Shown: positions 26,124 through 37,982 of the stretch, piece after piece
Position numbering within the stretch: the stretch's first letter is position 1
Layout of the letters: every line of letters begins with the position of its first letter
Assembly: GCF_947568905.1 (NCBI RefSeq)
Contig: NC_079164.1
Location: forward strand, 21,142,001-21,206,000
DNA: 64,000 nucleotides
Source of the DNA: Ostrea edulis
Lineage: Eukaryota
Reading direction: 5' to 3'
Notes under the pieces: model-generated
The model's database searches: none
The model's input: only the letters and a program-made list of their open reading frames with translations
What the model was told of the DNA's origin: nothing
Position numbers and translations under genes: made by a program

Positions 26124-28046
26124 TTATGGATCATCAGATATGGACAAGCTGGCGAGCGTTTTCAGGTCCTCGTCCCGCTGTTTCCGTCGCCTGCATTCTC
26201 GCTTCTGACGCGGGTAGCACTTGGCTCCTCGAATCCCATGACGTCGTAGTCGCTTCCTGTCACATCTTTTCAGGCGTCTCTTGATTTTGCATGGTATTTT
26301 GGAAACTGAAAAGAAATTCGGAAAACTGTCTGGAGATTTCTCAACCATCGCTTTCCTACTTTTCCGACATTTTCCTATGATCCGATGGGGATGACGCCGA
26401 TGAACAATGTCCTGTTGCAAGCTGTCTTCTATGAATTCACTTTCTTCATCTGTACTGCTTATCTTATCGGAGGTTTCTGCAATATTGAATTATTATATCA
26501 AAACCAGCTGTATGCTTACAGTCTTCAATTTTCTTTAGCGGACGTCAAGCCGTACACTTTTACATAACTTTGAACATTTGATAATCTTCTAATAAACACA
26601 GAATTGAGAGTAGGGCAAACACGGACCTCTGGTGTTTCCAGAGGTAGGATCAGGTACCTAGGAGGGGTAAGCATCCCCTGTCGACCGGCCACACCCGCCG
26701 TGAGCCCTATACATATTGATCAGGTAAACACAGCAACACTTTATGTCAAAATCAGTATGTAAAAGAAAAGCCTACGATATTGACATGAAACACGTCAGAA
26801 AGCATTCGACTTAACAGCAGGTTGTATTTGTAAATTAGATAATTATAACGTCCATAGACTGTCAAAATGCAGACTTTAAACGAGATTGTTGAAATCCCTG
26901 TAACATCAACTTATTTGTCAGTAAGCCTACCTCAGTTTAAAAATTGATTATACACAGAAGCTCTTGTTTTTCGTGATCTTCGTTGAAAAATTATGTAAAA
27001 AGTCCAGGATTAATATGATTATAGCCATTTATAAATACCTTGAATATAGATATTGAGGTCCTCCTCTGCTCTAAAGGAAACTGCTTCATTAAGCTCCTCC
27101 TGGGATGAAAACGTAATGAAATCTCCATCCATATCTGAAATTTTAAAAAACGTTTGTAAAAGTATATGTAATGTGTCATATCCTTCAACTTTATTAATTC
27201 AATATACGTTGTATATAGTCTTGTGGGGATCCAGGTTAGAATAGGTCCTCAGTACCCCTTGCTTGGCGCAAAAGGCGACTAAAATGGAGCGGTCCTTTGG
27301 ATGAGACCGCAAAAACCGAGGTCCCGTGTCACAGCAGGTGTGGCACGATAAAGATCCCTCCCTGCGCAAAGGCCGCAAGACATTGTATTTACATTTCAAT
27401 AAGTTGACCATGTTTACATGGAAATCAAAATTCATCATTTATATTACGCCCATTACATTAAGTATACAGTATGTCTCTATCGCCGTGTACTACAGCATCA
27501 GTCTGATTAAAATTATATCCTATGATCCGCTCATCTATTATCGCTACGTATGAGTGCGTTCGAGATCGCCGTTCCCGTTGTTCTCGTGCTCCGTTCTTAG
27601 AGTCGCGAAGGACGAGAACATGTGCGGTGAAGTATGAAGCGCGAGCTTCGAAGACTTACGTACTAAGGCTACAGAGGTGGTGTGAGTTCTTGCATCTCGA
27701 ACCCGTTCTCGGGTTGCGTACTTGGCGTTCGGGATCGACAGGAATTTGTACTCGTGCGAAGAACGGCGATCTCGAACGCACTCTTGGTGTAGCGATAGTA
27801 GATGAGCGGATCATGGGATCTAATTTTAATCAGATTGACTAAGTACGGAATATGCTTGAATATACAGGTATACGTGTTCAAAGTCAATCAACTGCAGTAC
27901 ATACCTTTCCATTGAAGGAAGTAATTCTGCGCATGAGGGAAATTTTCCTGAATTACTGTAACCAAATATACGTAGTCAAGATTCCCATCTATAACATCAA
28001 ATTCGCTGAGAATTATCCCAGTTTCTGATATGACGTTTACTTTCAT
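26124..28046 (-). CDS. PB1-domain protein B (p62/SQSTM1-like PB1 plus short Arg/Lys/Cys-rich tail), 196 aa, 3 exons
   Basis: Exons 28046-27905 (MKVNVISETG..YFLQWK, G|GTATGT), 27134-27039 (TTTCAG|DMDGDFITFSSQEELNEA..LNIYIQ, OPCA motif) and 26476-26124 (TTGCAG|ETSDKISSTDEES..HRRHPHR..CRRRKQR..SISDDP*). An in-frame alternative acceptor exists at 26449. 591 nt in frame. Confidence 0.85.
26607..26735. repeat. Probable interspersed-repeat fragment (class unresolved) in PB1-B intron 2
   Basis: GC-rich island AGGGCAAACACGGACCTCTGG..GGATCAGGTACCTAGGAGGGGTAAGCATCCCCTGTCGACCGG in AT-rich context; resembles common bivalve repeats from memory only. Confidence 0.4.
27223..27378 (+). mobile_element. 3'-truncated copy of the SINE-like family at 4873-5133
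   Basis: Near-identity to the reverse complement of ~4985-5133. Confidence 0.75.
27498..27838. mobile_element. 341 bp MITE with ~80 bp imperfect TIRs in PB1-B intron 1
   Basis: TCAGTCTGATTAAAATTATATCCTATGATCCGCTCATCTATTATCGCTAC..GAGTGCGTTCGAGATCGCCGTTC is mirrored at 27762-27838. Confidence 0.8.
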
Positions 28047-28149
28047 GTTTGTGAATAGGTAGTGTATTTGCTTCGAAATTTACAACTGTTCACGAATGTT
28101 AAACACTCAATATTTCTCATGAGTCATAAAAACATATTCATTTGTAATG

Positions 28150-28580
28150 TCCGACTGGCGTCAGTGAGCGCGCTTTTGCGCCAACTGGCGCTTTTATAGG
28201 GCGCTAATAAAAGTCATGTGATAAAGTCTTAAAATAGATATCGAGAATGTTCTGCTTTGATTTCCGCAAACCCACGCGTTATGAATATTCATATTAGCTT
28301 TTCGAATAGCGACTACTGAAGTATCAAACTGATTAGAAAAGAAGGTAGAATGATAGATACATTATAAGTTATGCCTTATATAATATTTCCATACAGAAAA
28401 TGTAATGATATTATTGAGAACTAGCAATAAATATATAGGGATCATGAATATTAATGAGAAGTGAACTTACCTTGACACCTCACGTGATTTTGGAATTACG
28501 AAATACCAGTCACATGACTCATCTAGCAGGCGCCTATATAAAGGCGCCCTAAGCGCGATTGAGCACAAAAGCGCCCAAGT
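28150..28580. promoter_or_regulatory. Bidirectional promoter with two mirrored core modules (TCACATGAC E/M-box + GC-flanked TATA)
   Basis: Plus: GTCACATGAC 28509-28518, overlapping TGACTCA 28515-28521, then GGCGCC-TATATAAAG-GCGCC (TATA 28535). Minus: TCACATGAC 28221-28213, then GCGCCC-TATAAAAG-CGCC (TATA 28198-28191). Confidence 0.7.
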
Positions 28581-28707
28581 GAAGATTGATAGCAGCTTAA
28601 CGTATAAGTCTATCAAATTACCACAGGTACTGTAAAATACTTATTGTTTTATAAAGTATTTGAAATTGCGATTTGTTTGTAAACAATTCCACGTGCATCA
28701 ACAAAAC

Positions 28708-31700
28708 ATGGTGAAAGTGAAAGTAACCTTGATGTCGGCCAGTGAGCCAGAAATCAGACGAATAACGCTGGGAAACGACTCCGACTTTAGCGAATTTGAG
28801 ACGAGAGTGTCAGCATTGTTTGCAGAAAGCAGCGGAACATTTAAGTTCCACTGGAAAGGTAAGATATTTTGAAAAATAGTCTTATCGAGTCCACCAGCGC
28901 CAGCACTAGCTATGTAGTATTTGTGTCACAGAAAAGGACTGTAAATTTGGTCCCCTTACATGGCAATCGTTTTTTAAAGTAGCCAGTTAAAAATATTGTG
29001 CAATTTTTTGTGAATTAAGGCTTGTTCCTACATTAATGATTTTGTGTGTGTGTTCTACTTGAGACAAAAGTTAGTACTTTCAATTTTTTTCAATTGAGGG
29101 AATAAAGTGACATTTCACAACACAGTTAATTACATGTAGCTCCACCGAAAATATATAGGTCGCTATGAATGAAGTTCCCCGGATCCTATTTTAATAGCTT
29201 TAAACTGAGGAGGAAAGAGTAATGTGTTTCCATGACCTAATGTTTCATAACTGAAGAAAATACTTTCATATATTGTACATATCTTCTGATGTGTCTATAT
29301 TACGACAAGACTCAATCGGAACATCACTCGGTCTATTCCGGATTCTCCGGAATAGACCGAGTGATGTTGCGACAAGACTGTGATCTTCCCAAGTCAAGGA
29401 TTTCTGATCCGCTCCGATCAGAAACCATGGACTTGGGAAGATATAGTTTGATGGAGTGTGTATAACAGGGAAAAATTATTTTCTTTATATAAGTAGTACT
29501 ATTTTAGGCAGATGTTTCTTTCAAAGACTGGTCAGTAATGGAATGGTTCTCTAATGCATTCGATGTTATTGAAACATAAAATCACAAACGGAGATGTTTT
29601 TATAGTGATAAAATAACGACGAAAAATGGGCTGCTCCATTTCTGACGTCAAACCATTAGAAACGTTGTGAAACTGGTAGTAAATATGTTCATGGTTTTAT
29701 CGCTCAAAAATTTAAATTTCAAAAGGAGATGACGTTTGAATAAAATGTAAATTTAGAAAGATTTCACATGAATTTGAAAATGTTTAGGGAATTAGGGTTC
29801 AAATTGGGCCCTTATCACTCAAAGCTCTTTGACGATAGATACAAACGCGTACGTGTATCACAAGTTCACGACAATTGTAGAGATATTTATAGTGTCAGAT
29901 TATTTTGATTATGAGCCATTTCAAAGCTTCAGCTGTTACGATGTTCTCCTCAGCCGTTGGCCGATGTATTTAAACATTTCTTTAAAGTATTATATACATA
30001 TCATTGCAGATGATGAAAATGACCTAGTCGTGATATCGACTGACGAGGAATTCCATGAGGCGACCAAGACCGTTAGCGATGAGACTCTGAGAATCTTCAT
30101 TCAGAGATTAAAAGGTTTGAAAACTAATTATGACAGTATTTATCATAAGATTTATATTAAGACCTCTTTGAAGAAGATTTAGCGTTAACATGATAGGAAG
30201 TCTGAATAGTATTTTTGTTCTATATACATTGTAATACATGCAGTTTATTTTTAATTCATAGATTGCTCTAACATCTTAGCGGGGAGAAAAGTGGAATTTG
30301 ATAACAATCCTGACGTTCTAAAGGTATTTAACTAGACAGCTGTAGATTTAATTTAATTTGCCCATGCGCATTTGTAGGTGATTCAAATTTTAACATGTAT
30401 CTCTAAGTGAAAATGTGTAATCCAAATAAAATTTTAATTATGCTATATATAAATTATACCAACTGCTGCAGTGACCCACAAAACACTCAAAATTAAAATA
30501 TAAGTGTTGATCACACATGTTACGGTAAACTGTTAATACACGTATTAAATTGATTTTTTTTTGGTTGTAGACCGAGTTGACTGCTGAGGAATTTCGACCT
30601 AGAAGATGGGAACGTCGCTGCGGTCTAGGGAGATTTGGCCGAGGTCAGAGATCGTTGAGTCCAGCACCATTCATGAGGCGCAGAAGATACCAAAGAGAGA
30701 TGCGTGAGCAACAACCATCTGAAAGAAGGATGTGGAAGCGCATGCATCGAGAAAATGTTGATGGGTTTGATAAACCTTGGAAAAACATCCATGGACATCG
30801 GTCTGGATGTGGCTATGGTAGACAACAGAAAAGGGCTTTAAGATGCAATGATAGAGATCAATATCGGATCTCGAATGGTGTATGCCCCGAAAATGCAGGA
30901 CACCGCTGGGGTAGAGATGAGAAGGGGAGTCGGAGGAGTCAACGTCGATTTGCTCGATATTTAAGGCAGACATTGGACTGCGAGCTCATGACCAATGAAA
31001 ACTGCCGTTCTCGCATGAGAAATCGAGGGATGAAATCCTGCAGGCGAGCAGAGTCGGCCCCACCCACTCGTTTTTACGGAAGAAACCGTGCAGGTTGCGG
31101 GAAGATGATGCACGGAGAAGGAAGAAGATGCAGACGTTCTGCATCAGTCCCTCCACAAGAAAGGGGAAGGAAACCAGAAACACTTGGGATGCCGGTTGGT
31201 AAGAGAAGTTGCAGGCGACACAGACACCGAATGGGGAAAATCTTGCTGAAGATGACTATAAAGGGAATGCAACAGCATGACTGCGAATCAAATGCAGGTT
31301 TAGAGAGAAAATGTTTCGGAAGACGATGCAAAAGTTACAGACGAAGGGCAATGATGATTAAGGAACAGAATGATGACACTTCAAGTTCCCATCAAAAGTA
31401 CGACAGAGAACCTGAAATATCCGAACTCGTCGAAACCATGACCATCGACGATAGCAAAAGCGAAGACCAAAAGGAAAGGGATGTATGTGAAAAAAGAGAA
31501 AGAAAGAGAGCATGCAAACATAGAAAAAGTGATGAAGAAGATGATGTAACAGATGAGAATACCAATTCCGAGAAGGAAAAGAAAAAGTGCCTTAGAAGGC
31601 ACAGAAGAAAGGACGAGTCTGACGGAGCAACCGGATTACAAGAAGACTCCACTGAAGGTCAGGAAGACACTGAGGGAAATGGAGGTCTCCTGGAAGGAAA

Positions 31701-32118
31701 ACGTCGAGGAAGACGCAGGGCGAAAGAATGCCAGCGTTCTATGCGTGATGAAACTACTGCTCGCTGCAAAAAGAATGGAGACGAAGAACACGACTTTGGG
31801 ATTCTCACTTTGACGGTTGGAATGAATGGCGACATGAAAATAAAACCCCGGAAACTGGCACGGAAACTTGGCAAATTTTTCAATCAGTATAGCACCGGCT
31901 GCCAGGAAGACGAGCCGTTCGGAACACGACATGGTCATAAAGAGTTCAAACAATACCGTGGTCGCGATTCTGAGCGCCAGTACAGACGAATGCTCCGCCG
32001 TCAAGGACGTCCCGGAGAAAAAGTGCGGGATTGGCATCCAGAATGTCCAAGCAACCACTGGAGTGGAATCAGAGCCCCTGGACTGAGGAATATGCGTCCA
32101 CGTGATTGTCCATGGTAG
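28708..32118 (+). CDS. PB1-domain protein A (p62/SQSTM1-like PB1 plus ~520 aa Arg/Cys/Gly-rich low-complexity tail), 621 aa, 4 exons
   Basis: Exons 28708-28858 (MVKVKVTL..PEIRRITL..FKFHWK), 30010-30114 (DDENDLVVISTDEEFHEA..LRIFIQRLK, OPCA), 30262-30323 (DCSNILAG..DVLK) and 30571-32118 (contains the 513 aa ORF). All phases fit; 1866 nt; AATAAA near 32548. Confidence 0.88.
29300..29470. repeat. Double-hairpin element in PB1-A intron 1
   Basis: Perfect 23 bp stem with 3 nt loop at 29320-29368; second stem-loop at 29383-29442; ends GTGTATAACAG. Confidence 0.8.
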
Positions 32119-32589
32119 GGGACGTCAGATTAAAGATATACAGTGAATCGGACAAGTAAATTTATTTACTTTTAATGTACCCTTTACTATCATATTCTCG
32201 CTTATTTGTGCTTTATTGGTTTTTGAGGTTATATGCGATTTTCTTTAAATCATATTGATGAATTTTAATGAACGTATTATAAAACCTTTCATTTTCTATG
32301 AAGAGAGAAACAATACCTTACTGAAAATGTCATTGAAATGCCTTTGGAAGATATTTCAAACAATGTAATATCACTTGGAAGTATGATTTGGATCATCACA
32401 AATTTTGTTAGGAAGTTAATGTTTCATTTTGTAAATCTAGATTGATTTCGATTATGTAACATGTTCAAAATTCTCTTGATGTTGAATTAAGTATTGTATG
32501 ATTGCTGTATTAGTATATATATGTATATTTATTCTATTGATGTACGGCAATAAACATTTGTGTAGTAATCCTCGTCTGTTTTATTCAGT

Positions 32590-35210
32590 GGAAGATATAA
32601 TCTATACGATATTACAGGATATATCGGGAGATAAAACCTATACCATGTTACAGGATAAATCGGAGATAAAACCTACACCATGTTACAGATAAATCGAAAT
32701 AAAACCTATACCATGTTACAGGATAAATCGGTGATAAAACCTAAACAATACTACAGGATAAATCTGTGATAAAACCTATACGATATTACAGGATAAATCG
32801 GAGATAAAACCTATACCATGTTGCAGGATAAATCGGAGATGAAACCTACACCCTTTTACAGGATAAATCGGATAAAACCTACACCATATTACAAGATCAA
32901 ATTGCAATAAAACCTATACCATGTTACGGGATAAATCAGAGATAAAACTTATACCTTGTTACAGGAAAAATCAGAGATAAAACCCATACCTTGATACAGG
33001 ATACATCGGAGATAAAACCTATATCATATTACAGAATACATCGAGATAAAACCTATACCATATTACAAGGATAAATCGCAGAAAAAACTATACCATGTTA
33101 CAGGATATATCGGAGATAAAACCTATACCTTGTTACAGGATATATCGAGATAAAAACTATACCATGTTACAGGATATATCGAGATAAAACCTATACCTTG
33201 TTACAGGATACATCGAGATAAAACCTACACCATTTTACAGGATCAAACTGAAATAAAACCTATACCATGTTACAGGATAAATCAGAGATAAAACTTATAC
33301 CATGTTACAGGATAAATCGGAGATGAAACCTATACCATGTTACGGGATATATTGGAGATAAAACCTGCATCATATTACAGGATAAATCAGAGATAAAACC
33401 TATACCTTGTTACAGGATACATCGAGATAAAACCTGTACCATATTACAGGATACATCGAGATAAAACCTATACCATATTACAGGATATATCGAGATAAAA
33501 CCTATACAATATTACAGGATACATCGAGATAAAACCTACACTATATTACAGGATACATCGAGATAAAACCTACACCATTTCACGGGATCAATCTGAAATA
33601 AAATCTTTACCATGTTGGGGAAAAAATCAGAGATAAAACCTATACCTTGATACAGGATATATCGGAGATAAAACCTATATCATATTACAGAATACATCGA
33701 GATAAAACCTATACCATATTACAGGATAAATCGCAGAAAAAAACTATATCATATTACAGGATATATCGAGATAAAACCTACACCATTTTACAGGATCAAA
33801 CTGAAATAAAACCTATACCATGTTACAGGATAAATCGGAGATAAAACCTATACCTTGTTACAGGATATATAGAGATAAAACCTATACCATATTACAGGAT
33901 ATATCGAAATAAAACCTATACCATGTTACAGGATAAATTAAGAGAAAACTTATACCATATTACAGGATATATCGAGATAAAACCTATACCATATTACAGG
34001 ATAAATCGCAGAAAAAACTATACCATATTACAGGATATATCGAGATAAAACCTATACCTTGTTACAGGATATATCGAGATAAAACCTATACCATGTTACA
34101 GGATATATCGAGATAAAACTTGTACAATATTACAGGATAAATCGGAGATAAAACCTAAACCATATTACAGGATATATTGACAATAAAACCTATACTTTAT
34201 TACAGGATACATCGAGATAAAACTTACACCATTTTACAGGATCAATCTGAAATAAAACCTATACCATGTTACGGGATATATCGAGATAAAACCTATACCT
34301 TGTTACAGGATATGTCAAGATAAAACCTATACCATATTACAAGATAAATCGGAGATAAAACCTATACCATGTTACGGGATAAATCAGTGATAAAACCTAT
34401 ACCATATTACAGGATATATCGAGATAAAACCTATACCTTGTTACAGGATATATCGAGATAAAACCTATACCTTGTTACAGGATATATCAAGATAAAACCT
34501 ATACCATATTACAGGATAAATCAGTGATAAAACCTATACCATATTACAAGATAAATCGGAGATAAAACCTATACCTTGTTACAGGATATATCGAGATAAA
34601 ACCTATACAATATTACAGGATATATTGTAGATAAAACCTATACCATGTTCAGTGATTTTTCTACATTTTTTAGAAGGGTACTGTGGCTTTGGAACTGGGA
34701 AAAATTGTCGACATTTCAGTTAAATTGGGAAAAATCAATTTTATCGTAATTAAGTTTTAAATTCATATCAAACATTATATTATCTTTATTTTACACATCT
34801 AATTTTCTTCAACCTTTTAAAATTTTCAACTATTCTATCCATATCATTCCCATAACTCTTTGTTAAGTCTTATGTATATAAATCACATCGAATGTTTATT
34901 TTTTTCTAAAATACGTTTTCCTTTCATAATTTTATTATTGGGAAAAATGCAAGCTAAATTGGGGGAAAATTGGCAATTTTTAGGAGGGGAAAGGTCCGAA
35001 ATTTGGACCCAAAATGGACCTTAAAAAATCACTGATGTTACAGGATATATCGAGATAAAACCTATACCTTGTTACTGGATCTATTGAGATAAAACCTATA
35101 CCATATTACAGGATATATCGAGATAAAACATATACCATGTTACAGGATATATTGGAGATAAAACATTTACCCTATTACAGGATAAATCTGAGATAAAACC
35201 TATACCATGT
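32590..35210. repeat. Minisatellite, 34-35 bp unit TTACAGGATATATCGAGATAAAACCTATACCATG, interrupted by a MITE
   Basis: Direct reading (period 34 at 34441/34475). Confidence 0.95.
34650..35034. mobile_element. 385 bp non-autonomous DNA transposon, CAG termini, 5 bp TSD (ATGTT)
   Basis: TIRs CAGTGATTTTT / AAAAAATCACTG; ATGTT on both sides; the satellite resumes in register after it. Confidence 0.8.
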
Positions 35211-35867
35211 TAAACTACTATTGATAATTCAGGTATGAAGACTAGACCCGGAAAACTTCAAAATCGATCTGTAATTTGTTAAGGCAAAGCAATCATCATG
35301 TTGTACTGAACATCAAATGAATATCTGTAAGCACAACTAAAAAAAAAAGTTAGGAAAACTGATAATTCATGCTATTTTTCTAAGTCCAAGGGTCATAACT
35401 TAGTGAAAAATCAACAGACCAATTATGATATTGCAATGATATATCAGAGATTAAGTGACTGTAAGCACTAAGTATGATGTTCCTCATCAGGACGGTATGT
35501 ATCTATTAAATGACAGTGCATCAGGTAACTCCATACTCACATTTTTATCTGATAAAATGTAAAAAGTGTATTAATTTTCATTTATTAGAGTTAGAACTAA
35601 TAAATCATCAAATAAAAATACTGGTCATCGCACTTTTAAAGATGCAAGACACACAAGAACAAAATCCTATATCAACGTCAGAAAATTACAATTCTCCTTA
35701 AACAGCGTTATCTAAATTTCATAAAAACTGGTTATTATGGTACAATAGTGTTTCATAACAATTTCTTGAAACTGTTTCTTTACAAAAATATATGTTTGTG
35801 AAAAATAAAGGAAATCCATTGCATAATGGACTTGAAAAAGAAATCCATATAAACCAACTCTGACTTC

Positions 35868-36270
35868 CAAGTAGCTAGATTACAGAAGCGCGCCACCACA
35901 AGTAGCTAGATTACAGAAACATGCCACCACAAGTAGCTAGATTACAGAAGCATGCCATCACAAGTAGCTAGATTACGGAAGCACGCCACCACAAGTAGCT
36001 AGATTACAGAAGCATGCCACCACAAGTAGCTAGATTACGGAAGCACGCCACCACAAGTAGCTAGATTACAGAAGCACGCCACCACAAGTAGCTAGATTAC
36101 AGAAGCATGTCACCACAAGTAGCTAGATTATGGAAGCACGCCACTACAAGTAGCTAGATTACAGAAGCACGCCACCACAAGTAGCTAGATTACAGAAGCA
36201 CGCCACCACAAGTAGCTAATTACAGAAGCACACCACAAGTAGCTAGATTACAGAAGCACACCACCACACA
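35868..36270. repeat. Tandem repeat, 31 bp unit CAAGTAGCTAGATTACAGAAGCACGCCACCA (~13 copies)
   Basis: Direct reading. Confidence 0.95.
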
Positions 36271-37675
36271 GTTAGTGCCCTTTGATTCAATATTTTGAAA
36301 CACATAATTGATTATTCATATACATGTATGACTTAGATTTTTTAAATAATTTATGTTTAACAAGTAGCTATGGGAAAACACTCCCAACAAAATTTATGCA
36401 CAAATCCACATAAATTTATGCATAAATCTAAATAAATCATTGATTTTGCAAAATTTGATGACATCACAGGAGGGTGGAATTACTTTATAACATTTTAACA
36501 TAGCTTTATTGTTCCTTCGCCAGGCATTACACGTGAAAGTCACAGGTTGGAGTCATGATAAGCGTTGGCACAATAAAGAACCTTAACTTGTATGGCCGTA
36601 ACCTCAATACAGAGGTCAAATTTGTGGCACTTCACCTTAAGATAAATTCTTGAATGAGACATAAAACAATATACAAAGTGTGGTATCCCCATTACATGCA
36701 TATTATAAGATGGCATCCCTATAGGTACTATTAAACTTTAAAAAAAATTTCCATTCCAGAAACCTTGACCTTATCTTTGACCTTTGAAACCATCATCAAC
36801 TTACTAGACATTTGTCATTGAAATCAAATGTAGCTTAAATCTTGTTTACAGGAGAGAAGTTGGTTTGGTTATATCAATTCTTCACCCTTGAAAATCAAAT
36901 TCTTTACAAAAGTAAGATAGAAAATGGTCTGCATCACCTGTTCCCCTTCTTATGACATCACAAAAATGTGGGTTTTCGCTTTTAGCAAAATGCGTGCAAA
37001 ATAGTGGGGTCCATCAACAGAATTTTTAATACCTAATGTAGTCCACATGAATTCTCTGTCACAGGACCTTGGCCAATGTAATTCAATGATAAGGTTCAAT
37101 GTACATGTATGGTAAACTGGAACAGTACAAGTTTTCTGTCTCTGTGAAATATGGGATATCCCATTACATAATTACATAATTCCCGGTCACATTCCTTGAA
37201 CTACATTACACACATGTTGTGAATTTATCCATACATATTTTCTAAAATGTTACTATGAATATATTTTCCTGAATTTATGTCATTAACTGTAATACTTTTC
37301 AGTGTACTTATGTTTAATTTAAAAACTATAAAAGTGACATAAAAACTTCTCCCAAAGCATTGAATAGCACAGAAAAGTAGACAAAATATGAGGAACACTC
37401 TTAGTAAAATATATGATGACTTTTAAAAAAAAATACAATTATTCATTATATTGCTTAAATCAACTTAATCAATACAGAAAGAAAACATTGGAAACACAAA
37501 TCAAGAGATAAATGGTCACCATTAGCTGGTTTTGTGACCTTTGACCAGGTATCAATAAGCGTTTTCCTAGACTCGCTTCCTGTCACCTTACACCAAAATC
37601 TAGAATGGTGGTTTTTAAGACCGTAGGCCTTCACAACATATATCAATGTAGATGCACACAAGGATGAATGCATGA

Positions 37676-37856
37676 AAGGTGAAGATAATGAACAGTGATC
37701 AATCTCATAACACCTATAAAGCTTTAAGGTGAAGATAACGAACAGTGATCAATCTCATAACTCCTATAAAGGTGAAGATAATGAACAGTGATCAATCTCA
37801 TAACACCTATAAAGGTGAAGATAATGAACAGTGATCAATCTCATAACTCCTACAAG
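37676..37856. repeat. Tandem repeat, ~43 bp unit AAGGTGAAGATAATGAACAGTGATCAATCTCATAACACCTATA (4 copies) just 3' of ASTE1
   Basis: Direct reading. Confidence 0.9.
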
Positions 37857-37982
37857 GAATAAGAAATGTGCATGAACTGTAAAGTTGTGAACAGCTAAGA
37901 AATGAGAATTGCATCAAAACAGTTCATGTTATATATATTTTGCAGTGTTATCTTTCGCTTATGTTCAAGTCACACTAAGTGA

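Noticed and set aside
30625-32086. Multiple minus-strand and alternative-frame ORFs
   Set aside because: Shadows of the PB1-A last exon.
32590-35210. 34-35 bp repeat array resembling a CRISPR array in unit size
   Set aside because: Units are contiguous with no unique spacers, there are no cas genes, and the context is eukaryotic; the same applies to the 57-60 kb and 48.5 kb arrays.
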